Source: an uncultured Gammaproteobacteria bacterium
GTDB lineage: Bacteria > Patescibacteriota > Microgenomatia > UBA1406
Assembly: GCA_964414145.1 (NCBI GenBank)
Contig: CAYPVH010000001.1
Span: 220,851-284,850, forward strand
Reading direction: 5' to 3'
Length of the DNA: 64,000 bases
The notes beneath the pieces were generated by a model. That model made no database searches, had not been told where the DNA came from, and saw only the letters and a list, made by a program, of their open reading frames with translations. Shown here in pieces: positions 18,676 through 27,390 of the stretch; position 1 is the first letter of the stretch, and each line of letters opens with the position of its first letter. The translations under genes were made by a program, and so were the position numbers.

Positions 18676-19449
18676 ATGATTTTATTAAAGACGGTGTTGC
18701 TTGGTTTAGTCGAAGGAGTCACCGAGTTTTTACCTATTTCCTCAACAGCTCACTTGATTTTGGTTTCCAAAGTAATAGACTTACCTCAATCCGAGTACTG
18801 GAAATTTTTTACAGTCTTTATTCAGTCGGGTGCCATACTGGCAGTTTTTTTTAATTTCTTAAATCGGTTAAAGGGTAAAAAATTATTTATTAATTTAGCC
18901 GCTAGCTTTATACCAACGGCGGTTGTTGGTTTGGTTTTTTATAAGCTTATAAAGAGCTTATTTTTTGAAAGCACTATATTAATGGTCTTTACTTTAATCT
19001 TGTTTGGCATTATATTTTTAGTTATAGAGTATTTGGTGTTTAGAAAAAGCTTAATACTAAAGAAAGAATTAAAAAATCTTTCAATAAAAGAGGCGGTCAT
19101 TGTAGGAGTGTTTCAGTCGTTTGCGGTCATTCTGGGCGTTTCACGTGCCGGAGCGGTGTTAATATCGGGAATGCTAATGGGGTATCGCCGGAGCGATATT
19201 GCCATGTACTCGTTTTTATTAGCGGTTCCTACAATATTGGCCGCCTCTTTTTTTGATCTTTTAAAAACCCCAAGCAGTGTTGTTTTTTCAAATATTGGGT
19301 TTAGTGTTTTGGGGTTTATAACTGCATTTATTTCGGCGCTTGTTGTGGTAAAGTGGCTAATTAAATATTTGCAAAACAATACACTGGTTGGTTTTGGGCT
19401 ATATAGAATAGTGCTTGGTTTACTGTTATTAGTATTGTTATTCATATAA
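18676..19449 (+). CDS. uppP: Undecaprenyl-diphosphate phosphatase
   Basis: Carries the motif GLVEGVTEFLPISSTAHL and the SRAG/PGxSRSG-like motif (GVSRAGAV). It has 8 TM helices. Confidence 0.9.
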   Translation: MILLKTVLLGLVEGVTEFLPISSTAHLILVSKVIDLPQSEYWKFFTVFIQSGAILAVFFNFLNRLKGKKLFINLAASFIPTAVVGLVFYKLIKSLFFESTILMVFTLILFGIIFLVIEYLVFRKSLILKKELKNLSIKEAVIVGVFQSFAVILGVSRAGAVLISGMLMGYRRSDIAMYSFLLAVPTILAASFFDLLKTPSSVVFSNIGFSVLGFITAFISALVVVKWLIKYLQNNTLVGFGLYRIVLGLLLLVLLFI

Positions 19450-19486
19450 TTTTGAATTTTACATTTTTAATTTTTTAATTATTTTT

Positions 19487-20320
19487 ATGCCTGAATTGCC
19501 CGAAGTTGAAACAATTAAAAACCAACTTAAAAAACATCTAGTCGGCAAAAGAATAGTATCTATAAAAGTTCTAGACAAAAAAATTTATCAAACAGTTACT
19601 CAGGCGGGCACAGAAAATCTAAGTGGCAAAAAAGTGACCGATATTTACCGACGAGGCAAAGTATTAATAGTAGAACTTGAAAACAATCATTATTTGGCTT
19701 TTCATCTAAAAATGACAGGAAAGCTAATTTTAAAAAAACAAAACCAGCAACTGAAGGTTTTACGTAGTAAACATAGTCGTGCAATTATTAATTTTAGCCA
19801 TAATTTAAAGTTGATATTTTCAGATCTTAGGCGCTTTGGTTGGTTTAAAGTTTTTTCAGGAAAAATAAAGGAAGATCAGTTGATAAAACAAAAACTTGGC
19901 CCCGAACCTTTTAGCAAAAATTTTAGCCTTTCATATCTAAAAGTAGAACTAAAAAAAAGTAAACGCCCTATAAAACTATTTTTACTGGATCAAAGTAAAA
20001 TTGCCGGCATTGGTAATATTTATGCCAGCGAAGCCTTGTATTTAGCCAATATTAACCCAAAAAGAATATCTAATACGCTAATGGGTAAAGAAATAGTAAA
20101 ACTGAGAAAAGCAATACTACAAGTTTTGCAAAAAGGTATAACATTAGGGGGTGCTTCCGATAATGACTATTTAAATGCGTATGAAGAAGAAGGTGAGTAT
20201 CAAAAACATTTTTTGGTTTATGGTCGCGAAAATAAGCCATGCCAAGAATGTGGTGCCAAAATAATACGAATCAAACAAGGTGGCAGAAGCAGTTTTTATT
20301 GCAAAATATGCCAAAAATAA
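19487..20320 (+). CDS. mutM: Formamidopyrimidine-DNA glycosylase
   Basis: N-terminal MPELPEVE, an H2TH region (IAGIGNIYASEALY) and a C-terminal zinc finger CQECGAKI…FYCKICQ. Confidence 0.9.
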   Translation: MPELPEVETIKNQLKKHLVGKRIVSIKVLDKKIYQTVTQAGTENLSGKKVTDIYRRGKVLIVELENNHYLAFHLKMTGKLILKKQNQQLKVLRSKHSRAIINFSHNLKLIFSDLRRFGWFKVFSGKIKEDQLIKQKLGPEPFSKNFSLSYLKVELKKSKRPIKLFLLDQSKIAGIGNIYASEALYLANINPKRISNTLMGKEIVKLRKAILQVLQKGITLGGASDNDYLNAYEEEGEYQKHFLVYGRENKPCQECGAKIIRIKQGGRSSFYCKICQK

Positions 20321-20958
20321 AATATATCGTTATTGCTGGCCCCCAATCTTGTGGTAAAACTACCGCTTTAGAATTTTTGAAAGCAAAATACTCTGATCGA
20401 CTCATTTTTCATAAAGAAATAAACCCTTATACCGTTTCAAATAAAGCCAAACTTGGCAGTATTGTTGCCGATAACAAAATCGAACATCTAATTCACAGCG
20501 AGGTATTAAAAAGAATTGAGAATATTAATGGCAACGCCATGAATTATGTTGCTGAAACAGAAATCTTCCATTTAGCATACGTTCTTATGTTAAATGGTAA
20601 GAAGGACTACAGGAAAAAAATGAAGGAGTATATTAAAGCGTTAGGTAAACGAGAATTTTATGTAATTTTTATCAACACTCAGCCCGAAATATCTTTTAAA
20701 CGTAGAAAAGATGAGTATATGGCACGGATCAGAAAAGAAGCTGTCAAACGAGGCATGAAAAGATCAGTAGAAAACAAATTTAGAAAAGAAATGCTTCAGA
20801 AGTATGAAGAAAGAATTAAAGAAATATATCCAAATTTAATTACTGTTTATAATGATATTTCTTTTGCTAAAAATAAAAACATAATTAATAACGGCTCCAA
20901 TAGTAAAAAAAAGTTTCTAGGCTTAGTGGAAAAAGAGTTAATAAGGATACTGGCCTAG
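20308..20958 (+). CDS. P-loop NTPase of unknown function
   Basis: Walker A motif IVIAGPQSCGKTT directly follows the ATG at 20308. That start overlaps the fpg stop region. The longer track ORF is a frame overlap. Confidence 0.5.
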   Translation: MPKIKYIVIAGPQSCGKTTALEFLKAKYSDRLIFHKEINPYTVSNKAKLGSIVADNKIEHLIHSEVLKRIENINGNAMNYVAETEIFHLAYVLMLNGKKDYRKKMKEYIKALGKREFYVIFINTQPEISFKRRKDEYMARIRKEAVKRGMKRSVENKFRKEMLQKYEERIKEIYPNLITVYNDISFAKNKNIINNGSNSKKKFLGLVEKELIRILA

Positions 20959-21803
20959 CTAAGTGCAATTTTCTTTGGAAAAAGTTGAGAAACTTCCTCT
21001 TTTAATAAAAGATCAGCCCCAAAATCTTGTCTAAATTTAATTTGTGCCATCCGCCTTCTTATATCTGTTTCTTGTAAAAGCCATCTCTGCATAGCCTGAA
21101 TAAAAACCCACATTTCGCAGTTAATACTGTCAAATTGTACTCTTTGATTTAGTCCATCTTGGACTAAGGGATTTAGGTTCATAGAAGGGCCTGTTAAGTC
21201 ATAAGTACCAGACATGATTGCTTCCAAAAGAGTGTTAGCTGTATCGATACTTGTATGAGGTACATAGTTTATATGAAAAAAACTACCTTCAGTTTTTAGT
21301 GTTTGATCTAAGTAGCTTCTGTAATTTGCCAATGTAGATTGTTTCCCGGCCAACCATTGTTCATATGTCAATTGTTCAACAAGTCTTCTCTCCTGTATCC
21401 CGTCTCTTAAAGGATCATAGTAGGCGACAACAAGTTCCCCCTTTTCATTTAAATGGGGACCTTTCAAAAATAACATCTCGTGTGCATAATCTGTACCACA
21501 AACTGCATAAGCTAAGCCTCTTTTTTCACACCACTTGGAAAAAGAGGCGCTTCTAAATCGCCTTGCTAATGCCTCTTCCTTGGAAAGTTGCTCACCATCT
21601 TCAAATTGTATATAAACCTCAGTATTCGGGTCTTTAAGTCTGGTTCTACCTTCAGTGATACTTCTTATACCTCTGTTACGCATTCTTTGTCTTAAAGTAG
21701 CTATTGCTTGTTCGCCATTGCGTCTAAAACGGGCATTGAAAGGATTGTCAGGATTAGAGATATCATCTTTTCTTCTTACATATAAGCCAGTTTCTTCTTG
21801 CAT
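20955..21803 (-). CDS. Hypothetical protein; possible clan-CE (Ulp1/C48-like) cysteine peptidase
   Basis: The ordered motifs YAHEMLFL…ELVVAYYDPL … VQFDSINCEMWVF fit H-x22-D … Q-x5-C. The D-to-Q spacing is longer than in Ulp1. Assignment is by eye only. Confidence 0.4.
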   Translation of the reverse strand: MQEETGLYVRRKDDISNPDNPFNARFRRNGEQAIATLRQRMRNRGIRSITEGRTRLKDPNTEVYIQFEDGEQLSKEEALARRFRSASFSKWCEKRGLAYAVCGTDYAHEMLFLKGPHLNEKGELVVAYYDPLRDGIQERRLVEQLTYEQWLAGKQSTLANYRSYLDQTLKTEGSFFHINYVPHTSIDTANTLLEAIMSGTYDLTGPSMNLNPLVQDGLNQRVQFDSINCEMWVFIQAMQRWLLQETDIRRRMAQIKFRQDFGADLLLKEEVSQLFPKKIALS

Positions 21804-21809
21804 TTATTA

Positions 21810-22535
21810 TTATTTTATATGTTTCTTAATATATTTTTTACCTGTCTTTAGTTTTGAAAAAGTTTCTCGGTAGGCAATTTTGGGCATTAATTCTTTGTTT
21901 TCTTTTAAGTAACTACTCACTTCTTCTTTATGGTTTTTTATAAGTGAACGCAGCAACCAAGAAACAGCTTTGGTAATTAATATGTCTTTTTCGTGCTGTA
22001 ATTTTTTTATGTTTTTAAAAGCCAAGTTTCTTAGTTGTTCGTCTTTGCTTTTCCTTACTGCTTTGGTTAACAAAACCAAAGAAGCCCGGCGTTTGCTAAT
22101 GTTTTTACTGCTCACAAATGCCTTTAAAAGTTTTTGCCATTCTTGCCATTTACCTAAAAGTTCTTCCGGTTCGAAGGTAGATTGGCAAAGAGTATCTATT
22201 TCGGCCCAGCCCGATAAGTTGCTTAACCATATATCTAACACAAAAGGATCTAAATTTTGCCTGTGTTTTTTAAAACAAGTTAAAAGTTCGGTAACGCTGC
22301 TTTTTTCTTGGAAAGATTCACCCGAATTTAAAGAGTTGAGTAAATCTATAAAATCTGAAAACTGAATGTTCTTATTATTCCTAGCCCAATCTTTAATTAA
22401 CTTTCTTTTAACTAAAGTTTTTATACTGTAGTACTTGGCCTTACTGCCTAAATAGTTGTTTATGTCAAAGTTGTTATTTTTCGATGTGGAGTTATTTTTT
22501 ATCGCGGTTAAGATTTCCTTGTGGTATTTATGCAT
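21810..22535 (-). CDS. DNA alkylation repair protein (AlkD/AlkC-like HEAT-repeat family)
   Basis: Segments …IKDWARNN…, …DIWLSNLSGWAEIDTLC…, …KRRASLVLL… and …ITKAVSWLLRSL… are typical of PF08713-like proteins. The start is moved to the ATG at 22535 because the upstream extension overlaps tRNA sequences. Confidence 0.6.
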   Translation of the reverse strand: MHKYHKEILTAIKNNSTSKNNNFDINNYLGSKAKYYSIKTLVKRKLIKDWARNNKNIQFSDFIDLLNSLNSGESFQEKSSVTELLTCFKKHRQNLDPFVLDIWLSNLSGWAEIDTLCQSTFEPEELLGKWQEWQKLLKAFVSSKNISKRRASLVLLTKAVRKSKDEQLRNLAFKNIKKLQHEKDILITKAVSWLLRSLIKNHKEEVSSYLKENKELMPKIAYRETFSKLKTGKKYIKKHIK

Positions 22536-22546
22536 TGTTTTCTCTG

Positions 22547-22651
22547 AGCGGTGGACGAGACTTCCCAGAACATTCTGTTCTGGACCAGTCCCGAACTTAT
22601 AGTTCGGGGGAACTCGTGACCTGTCGCCTAGGGCGACCATTCTACCCAACT
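22547..22651 (-). pseudogene. 5'-truncated, diverged tRNA copy (tRNA-Gly-related) with a 46-nt insertion in the T-loop
   Basis: It aligns to tRNA-Gly from the D-loop to the 3' end (…AAGTTGGGTAGAATGGTCGCCCTAGGCGACAGGTCACGAGTTC[46 nt]AAGTCTCGTCCACCGCT). The last 19 nt are identical to tRNA-Gly. No 5' acceptor strand is present. Confidence 0.7.
22564..22609 (-). mobile_element. 46-nt palindromic mini-element (two hairpins, termini CCCCGAAC…GTTCTGGG) interrupting the T-loop of the tRNA copy
   Basis: The minus strand reads CCCCGAACTATAAGTTCGGGACTGGTCCAGAACAGAATGTTCTGGG, lying between TTC and AAGT of a TTCAAGT T-loop. Confidence 0.55.
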
Positions 22652-22653
22652 TG

Positions 22654-22726
<73 letters not shown>

Positions 22727-22800
22727 AATATTGAGTAAATTCAAGTATATCAAACAGTGCTTTACTCAACAACTCAGGATGCAGTTGTATAATTATTGTT

Positions 22801-23355
22801 ATGGTAGACACTTTACTAAAACTGTCAGGAATATTTAGCGAAATATTTGTTGTGAGTTTTGTGTTTTATTGCAAGAAGAGGGCAAAAAACTTTAGTTTAA
22901 CCAATAATGCTTTTAGTTACTTAGGAATGGACAATAGTACAGAACGTTTTTTCAACATTTCTCTTTTTTTTCTAATGCTTGTCCGCATGTTATTTATAAG
23001 CAAGATTCTTACCTTTTTCAATCTTTGGCCAAACTTACTACTTATAGTTTCGTTTTTTACTTCACTAGTAGCTCTTGGCGTAGTTTCTCTTGTTCCCTTC
23101 AATAAAAATAAAGTACTACATAACATATCAGCCTATACGATTTCTGTTTTTACTATTATTTTTGTGCTAGCGCTTGTTTTAGCCTTTTGGTCTATTAATC
23201 TGTCTCTTGCCGTTAGTAATATTGTTGTTGCTCTGTTTATGATTGCTATTGTGTTTAAATTCTTAACTTCCAAAAAAACTCTGGCTTTTGATCAAATGCT
23301 CTTTTTTGTATCTATCGTTATTTGGGATTGGCTAATGACTTGGCATATGTTGTAA
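22801..23355 (+). CDS. Hypothetical polytopic membrane protein
   Basis: 184 aa with 5-6 hydrophobic helices. Confidence 0.45.
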   Translation: MVDTLLKLSGIFSEIFVVSFVFYCKKRAKNFSLTNNAFSYLGMDNSTERFFNISLFFLMLVRMLFISKILTFFNLWPNLLLIVSFFTSLVALGVVSLVPFNKNKVLHNISAYTISVFTIIFVLALVLAFWSINLSLAVSNIVVALFMIAIVFKFLTSKKTLAFDQMLFFVSIVIWDWLMTWHML

Positions 23356-23379
23356 AAAGTAGTTATTAAAAAAAATAAA

Positions 23380-24726
23380 ATGATATTTTTTTCGGTTGTA
23401 TTAATTGGTGCTGTTATTTTTCAACTTAGCTTATTATTAACCACAAAACCTATATTTTATTCTGAGTTATTCTACTATCCTTGGCTAGTTAGTAAAGGGC
23501 TTATGCCATACCGAGATTTCTTTGATAATCATGGTTTTTTACTTTATTATGTTTTATCTCCATTTGTTCAAGTTAAATCTTTGTTAGCTTTAAATATTTT
23601 TTATATTGGCTTGAAGTTAGGAATTTTAGTATTAATTTTTTCGATATTGATGAGAATAACAAACAAAGTGGGTCTTTTGGTAGGTAGTTTACTAGCCATT
23701 ATTCTTCTTACATATTCAAGCGCCAATACCTTTTGGTTTGAACATGTTATTGCATTTTTATATCTGCTTGCTTTCTTCATTAGCACCAAAGAATTTAAAC
23801 TAAAGGGGTTTGTAGTTGGTACTATTGTGGTTGGTGCTTCTCTTATTAAACCACAAGCTGCTTTAATTATGATTCCCTTATGGCTTAGTTACCCAAGATT
23901 TAATTTTTTAATAACTTTTTGCGCTGGCTGGGGTTTGGTGGGTCTGTTCTTGTTATTTAACAATATGTTTATCCCGTTTATTGATAATGTTGTGCTTTTT
24001 AATAAATTTTATTCTCATGATATTGATTTTCATCTAGAAATGTCGGTAGTTATAATTGCCTTGTTTATCCTTTTACTAACAGCCCTAATTAATAAACAAA
24101 CTAAACTAAAAAATAATTACAACATAACTCTTTATGTATTAATTTCGACTATTTTTGTTTATCCACAATTTACCTATTTTAATTTAGTTCCGTTTTTTTG
24201 TTTATTAATAATTCAAATATCAAGAACAATTAATTTAATAAAGCACAATAAAATAAAATACTTTACTTACTTATCAATAGTACTAGTGTTTGTTTTATTT
24301 ATGGGGCGAAAGGCCTATAGAGAATATAAACAATACAAAGGGTCCTCTTTTTATTCATTTTCAGAAACGAGTCTTTCGGTTGTTAATTATCTTAAAAGCA
24401 GTAATTTGAGTAAGAAAAGGATTTATTTAATGAGCAATAATCTTGAAATATATTATCTTTTAAACAAATTGCCACCTGACTATTTTCCCTTAAAATTTTA
24501 TTTGTTTATTGATTACTATGATTTATCAGAAGTAACTTTAGAAAAAATGATAGCTTTTAAACCGGAAGTAGTTATTAGGCCATTAGAAAAAGATCAATCA
24601 AGCGGGGCCTATGAGAAAGCAGGGAAGTATGTAGAAGATAATTTTCAATTAGTTTGGGAAAAAGATAACTATAAAATATATCTATTAGAGAGTTTAATAA
24701 AGAAGAGTTCTATTTTTTATCACTAA
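23380..24726 (+). CDS. Large polytopic membrane protein, possible GT-C-type glycosyltransferase
   Basis: 448 aa with about 11 helices. The early loop YYPWLVSKGLMPYRDFFDNHG resembles GT-C first-loop regions. The call is weak. Confidence 0.4.
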   Translation: MIFFSVVLIGAVIFQLSLLLTTKPIFYSELFYYPWLVSKGLMPYRDFFDNHGFLLYYVLSPFVQVKSLLALNIFYIGLKLGILVLIFSILMRITNKVGLLVGSLLAIILLTYSSANTFWFEHVIAFLYLLAFFISTKEFKLKGFVVGTIVVGASLIKPQAALIMIPLWLSYPRFNFLITFCAGWGLVGLFLLFNNMFIPFIDNVVLFNKFYSHDIDFHLEMSVVIIALFILLLTALINKQTKLKNNYNITLYVLISTIFVYPQFTYFNLVPFFCLLIIQISRTINLIKHNKIKYFTYLSIVLVFVLFMGRKAYREYKQYKGSSFYSFSETSLSVVNYLKSSNLSKKRIYLMSNNLEIYYLLNKLPPDYFPLKFYLFIDYYDLSEVTLEKMIAFKPEVVIRPLEKDQSSGAYEKAGKYVEDNFQLVWEKDNYKIYLLESLIKKSSIFYH

Positions 24727-25090
24727 AAAACTGAATTATATTTCCATCGGGGTCTTTGATTGTCATACACCAAAAACCACCCGGTGGTGCTTCAAAGGGG
24801 GGAGCAACAAACTCAACATCTTTTTGCTTGAGATCATCATAAAGTGCTGTTACACTTTCAACGTTAAAACCAATCATAATTCGATATGGGTCTTTAGCGT
24901 ATCCTTTTACTTTGTTGTGTTTGCCAATAGAGAAGTAATTGTTGCCAAAGTCAAAATCTATGTAGGTATCATTGGGTAAATTTACCTTATCTCGAACTTT
25001 AAAACCTAAGACTTTTTCATACCAGATCGCTAGCTGCTCGTAATTTCCTGACCAAATAATAACGCAGAGGTTTTTGTTTGAAAGTTGCAT
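24710..25090 (-). CDS. VOC (glyoxalase/bleomycin-resistance) family protein
   Basis: Has paired beta-alpha-beta-beta-beta modules and ends …FWCMTIKDPDGNIIQFF. The start is moved to the ATG at 25090 to avoid tRNA-Phe. Confidence 0.7.
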   Translation of the reverse strand: MQLSNKNLCVIIWSGNYEQLAIWYEKVLGFKVRDKVNLPNDTYIDFDFGNNYFSIGKHNKVKGYAKDPYRIMIGFNVESVTALYDDLKQKDVEFVAPPFEAPPGGFWCMTIKDPDGNIIQFFSDKK

Positions 25091-25093
25091 GTG

Positions 25094-25166
25094 TGCCGAG
25101 GGCAGGAATCGAACCTGCATCTGAGGTTTTTCAGACCACCGCCGTGACCGACTTGGCTACCTCGGC
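25094..25166 (-). tRNA. tRNA-Phe (anticodon GAA)
   Basis: Acceptor GCCGAGG/CCTCGGC, anticodon loop CTGAAAA, T-arm GCAGG-TTCGATT-CCTGC. There is one mismatch in the anticodon stem. CCA is not encoded. Confidence 0.85.
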
Positions 25167-25217
25167 AATAAGTTCATTTTTATGCAATGGTAATTTTATC
25201 ATATAATAAACCAATAT

Positions 25218-25520
25218 ATGAATAGTACAAAACAAGTTTTTAACCTAATTAGAAATATTCCCAAAGGCAGGGTTTTAACCTACAAGCAGGTGGCTAAGTT
25301 TTGCCAACTAAATAGCCCAAGACTTGTGGGGAAAATACTACACTTAAATACAGATCCATTAGAATTTCCTTGTCACCGAGTTGTAAAAAGTAGTGGAGAG
25401 GTAGCAACGGGTTATGCTTTTGGAGGAAAACAGGCTCAAATAAAAAAACTTAAACAAGAAGGGGTAATTTTTGTTAATTCGAGAATAAATTTGAGCGCGT
25501 CTTTATGGAAACGTGATTAA
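25218..25520 (+). CDS. MGMT-family protein (methylated-DNA--protein-cysteine methyltransferase DNA-binding/active-site domain)
   Basis: Carries IPKGRVLTYKQVA and the active-site-like PCHRVV. At 100 aa it is a stand-alone C-terminal domain. Confidence 0.75.
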   Translation: MNSTKQVFNLIRNIPKGRVLTYKQVAKFCQLNSPRLVGKILHLNTDPLEFPCHRVVKSSGEVATGYAFGGKQAQIKKLKQEGVIFVNSRINLSASLWKRD

Positions 25521-25582
25521 AATCATAGACATTTTGAAAATAACTCTTGTATATTTTAATTGGGCTAATTATTTACTTCATA

Positions 25583-25825
25583 ATGTCTAAACAAAGTATT
25601 TCCCAGATAGTTGGCCAAAATATAACTAAGGCCAGAAAAGAACTTGGAATTTCGCAAGAAAAGCTGGCTGATTATTCCCTAATAGACAGAGGTTACATTG
25701 GCAAAATAGAAAAGGGAACGGCTAATCCCTCAATTCGGGTAATTTATCGAATTGCTTTAATATTGCAAGTCCCGCTAACTTACTTAGTAAAATACTGTTG
25801 GTTAATATATTTTTTGAGTTACTGA
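25583..25825 (+). CDS. XRE-family helix-turn-helix transcriptional regulator
   Basis: The region ITKARKELGISQEKLADYSLIDRGYIGKIEKG is an HTH_3 motif. The ATG at 25583 is preferred over the upstream TTG. Confidence 0.7.
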   Translation: MSKQSISQIVGQNITKARKELGISQEKLADYSLIDRGYIGKIEKGTANPSIRVIYRIALILQVPLTYLVKYCWLIYFLSY

Positions 25826-25826
25826 G

Positions 25827-25898
25827 TGCTCCAGCCTGGGATCGAACCAGGGACCCCCATTTTATAAGAATGGTGCTCTACCACTGAGCTACTGGAGC
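25827..25898 (-). tRNA. tRNA-Ile (anticodon UAU)
   Basis: GCTCCAG-TA-GCTC-AGTGGTA-GAGC-A-CCATT-CTTATAA-AATGG-GGGTC-CCTGG-TTCGATC-CCAGG-CTGGAGC-A. The anticodon reads TAT, not CAT. Confidence 0.8.
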
Positions 25899-25951
25899 GG
25901 TGTCTATCTGTCTAATTTTAGCACTTCAGGTTTATATTTTCCACGCATCTG

Positions 25952-26023
25952 TGCCTCTTGAGCGAATTGAACGCTCATCTACGGTTCCGGAAACCGTTGC
26001 TCTATCCTTTAAGCTAAAGAGGC
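25952..26023 (-). tRNA. tRNA-Arg (anticodon CCG)
   Basis: Acceptor GCCTCTT/AAGAGGC, anticodon arm ACGGT-TTCCGGA-ACCGT, T-arm GAGCG-TTCAATT-CGCTC. Confidence 0.85.
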
Positions 26024-26082
26024 ATATTTTTTTGGTAGTACTTAATTTTATCACGAGCCTAAAGCTAATGGTGTTAGTCGCT

Positions 26083-26505
26083 TTACTTTAGAATTTTAAG
26101 TGCTTCTTGAAAAACATGTTTTTCTTCCTCAAAGGTTATTACTTCCTCAGCTTTGTTAGCAGTAAAAAACTGAGCCTCACTGATTTCATTATCGTGGTTA
26201 TTGGGATTACCCGAAATATATTCCATTAAAAATAACCAAACAACTTTACTAATTATATTACTGCCTTGACTATAACGATACCTAACTGGCTTATTTATTT
26301 TGCTTATTATTTTTGTCTTCACTCCGCCTTCCTCAAGTACTTCCCTTTGGGCTGCTTCTTCAAGGTCCTCATTTTTTACTTTATCACCAACTATTCCTTT
26401 TGGAAAACCCCAATGGCCGTGTACTTTATTTTTAACCAAGAGGAATAAATAATCATTATTAATTTTCTTGTAAACTATGCCACCGGCCGAAACTTTATTT
26501 ATCAT
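26083..26505 (-). CDS. NUDIX hydrolase
   Basis: Nudix box GHWGFPKGIVGDKVKNEDLEEAAQREVLEEGGV (GX5EX7REUXEEXGU). Confidence 0.8.
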   Translation of the reverse strand: MINKVSAGGIVYKKINNDYLFLLVKNKVHGHWGFPKGIVGDKVKNEDLEEAAQREVLEEGGVKTKIISKINKPVRYRYSQGSNIISKVVWLFLMEYISGNPNNHDNEISEAQFFTANKAEEVITFEEEKHVFQEALKILK

Positions 26506-27004
26506 GGTTTACTAAAAATTGAGATAATACAAAAAAATAATCGGAAAGCCGGTTAAATAAGGGTAGCAGCGGTTTTAATTTACTGTTTTTTTTACTAAGC
26601 TCTACCAATTCTGTTTCAAATATGCGGATTGTAGTTCTCACAACGTGTGCTTCAATTTCTTTTTGATTGGCTCCCGGAGTAACGAATTTTTTCGAAACCG
26701 AGGTTGTTTTTAATAATTTATCTTGTTCTTTTTCAACAAACTTTAAATATTTTATAAACACTTCATTATCTACCCCCCCTTTTTTACCGGCAACATAAGC
26801 CATGATTTTATATATATAAATCTGTATTTGCTCAAGTGTGGCTTCAATGTTTTTGTTGTCAACTATAATCTTTACTTTACCAATCAAAACCTGAATGTAA
26901 TCTAGTTTTGAAAGTAATTTAACTGTGTTGTTGTCTTTGTAGACAATAGAATGCCTGTAAAGGCTGGTTTTGCCAAAATCACCGTTTTTTGTAGTAACTA
27001 TCAT
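26495..27004 (-). CDS. PduO-type ATP:cob(I)alamin adenosyltransferase
   Basis: N-terminal TKNGDFGKTSL (the GDxGxT motif) and C-terminal RLSDYFFVL. Confidence 0.7.
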   Translation of the reverse strand: MIVTTKNGDFGKTSLYRHSIVYKDNNTVKLLSKLDYIQVLIGKVKIIVDNKNIEATLEQIQIYIYKIMAYVAGKKGGVDNEVFIKYLKFVEKEQDKLLKTTSVSKKFVTPGANQKEIEAHVVRTTIRIFETELVELSKKNSKLKPLLPLFNRLSDYFFVLSQFLVNHDK

Positions 27005-27390
27005 TTCTGAATAAAGGTTTCCAACCAGAGTTTATAATTGGGTTTTTTTGGCTTTTGTTTTCGTAGAATTGCTGGAGTAGGAGTTAAGTAGGCGCCAACT
27101 ATTATATATTCGTCTTTTTTTGAATATACCAACTCTCTGGCTTTCTTTTCTATATATTCTTCGGTTTCGCTTTTTTTTATTTGATATCTAGTTTTTTCCT
27201 GTTTTTTATTCAGTTCTGAAAGTTCTTGTTCTTGATTATGGATTATGTTAACGCGTTCAGTATATTGTTTAATGTGCTTTGCTAAGTTTATGGTTAAAGC
27301 TAAAGCAAAGAATCCTAGAATAAAAAAAACAGTTAAATGCGAATGGTCTTGATTATTTATATTTTGTTTGATATTATAGGACATATGCAA
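27001..27390 (-). CDS. Septum formation initiator (FtsB/DivIC-like) protein
   Basis: A single TM helix is followed by a coiled coil and then …EEYIEKKARELVYSKKDEYIIV, the FtsB/DivIC signature. Confidence 0.6.
   Translation of the reverse strand: MHMSYNIKQNINNQDHSHLTVFFILGFFALALTINLAKHIKQYTERVNIIHNQEQELSELNKKQEKTRYQIKKSETEEYIEKKARELVYSKKDEYIIVGAYLTPTPAILRKQKPKKPNYKLWLETFIQK

Noticed and set aside
22547-22651. Amber-suppressor tRNA (a CTA triplet sits in the anticodon-arm region of the tRNA-like copy)
   Set aside because: The stem GTCGC/GCGAC leaves only a 5-nt loop. There is no 5' acceptor strand to pair with CCACCGC. The T-loop is split by 46 nt. TAG is used as an ordinary stop codon in the window (for example 118-120, 47788-47790 and 39678-39680).
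25900-26091. 63-aa plus-strand ORF
   Set aside because: It lies antisense to tRNA-Arg(CCG) and the intergenic sequence. It has no motif and no plausible start context.
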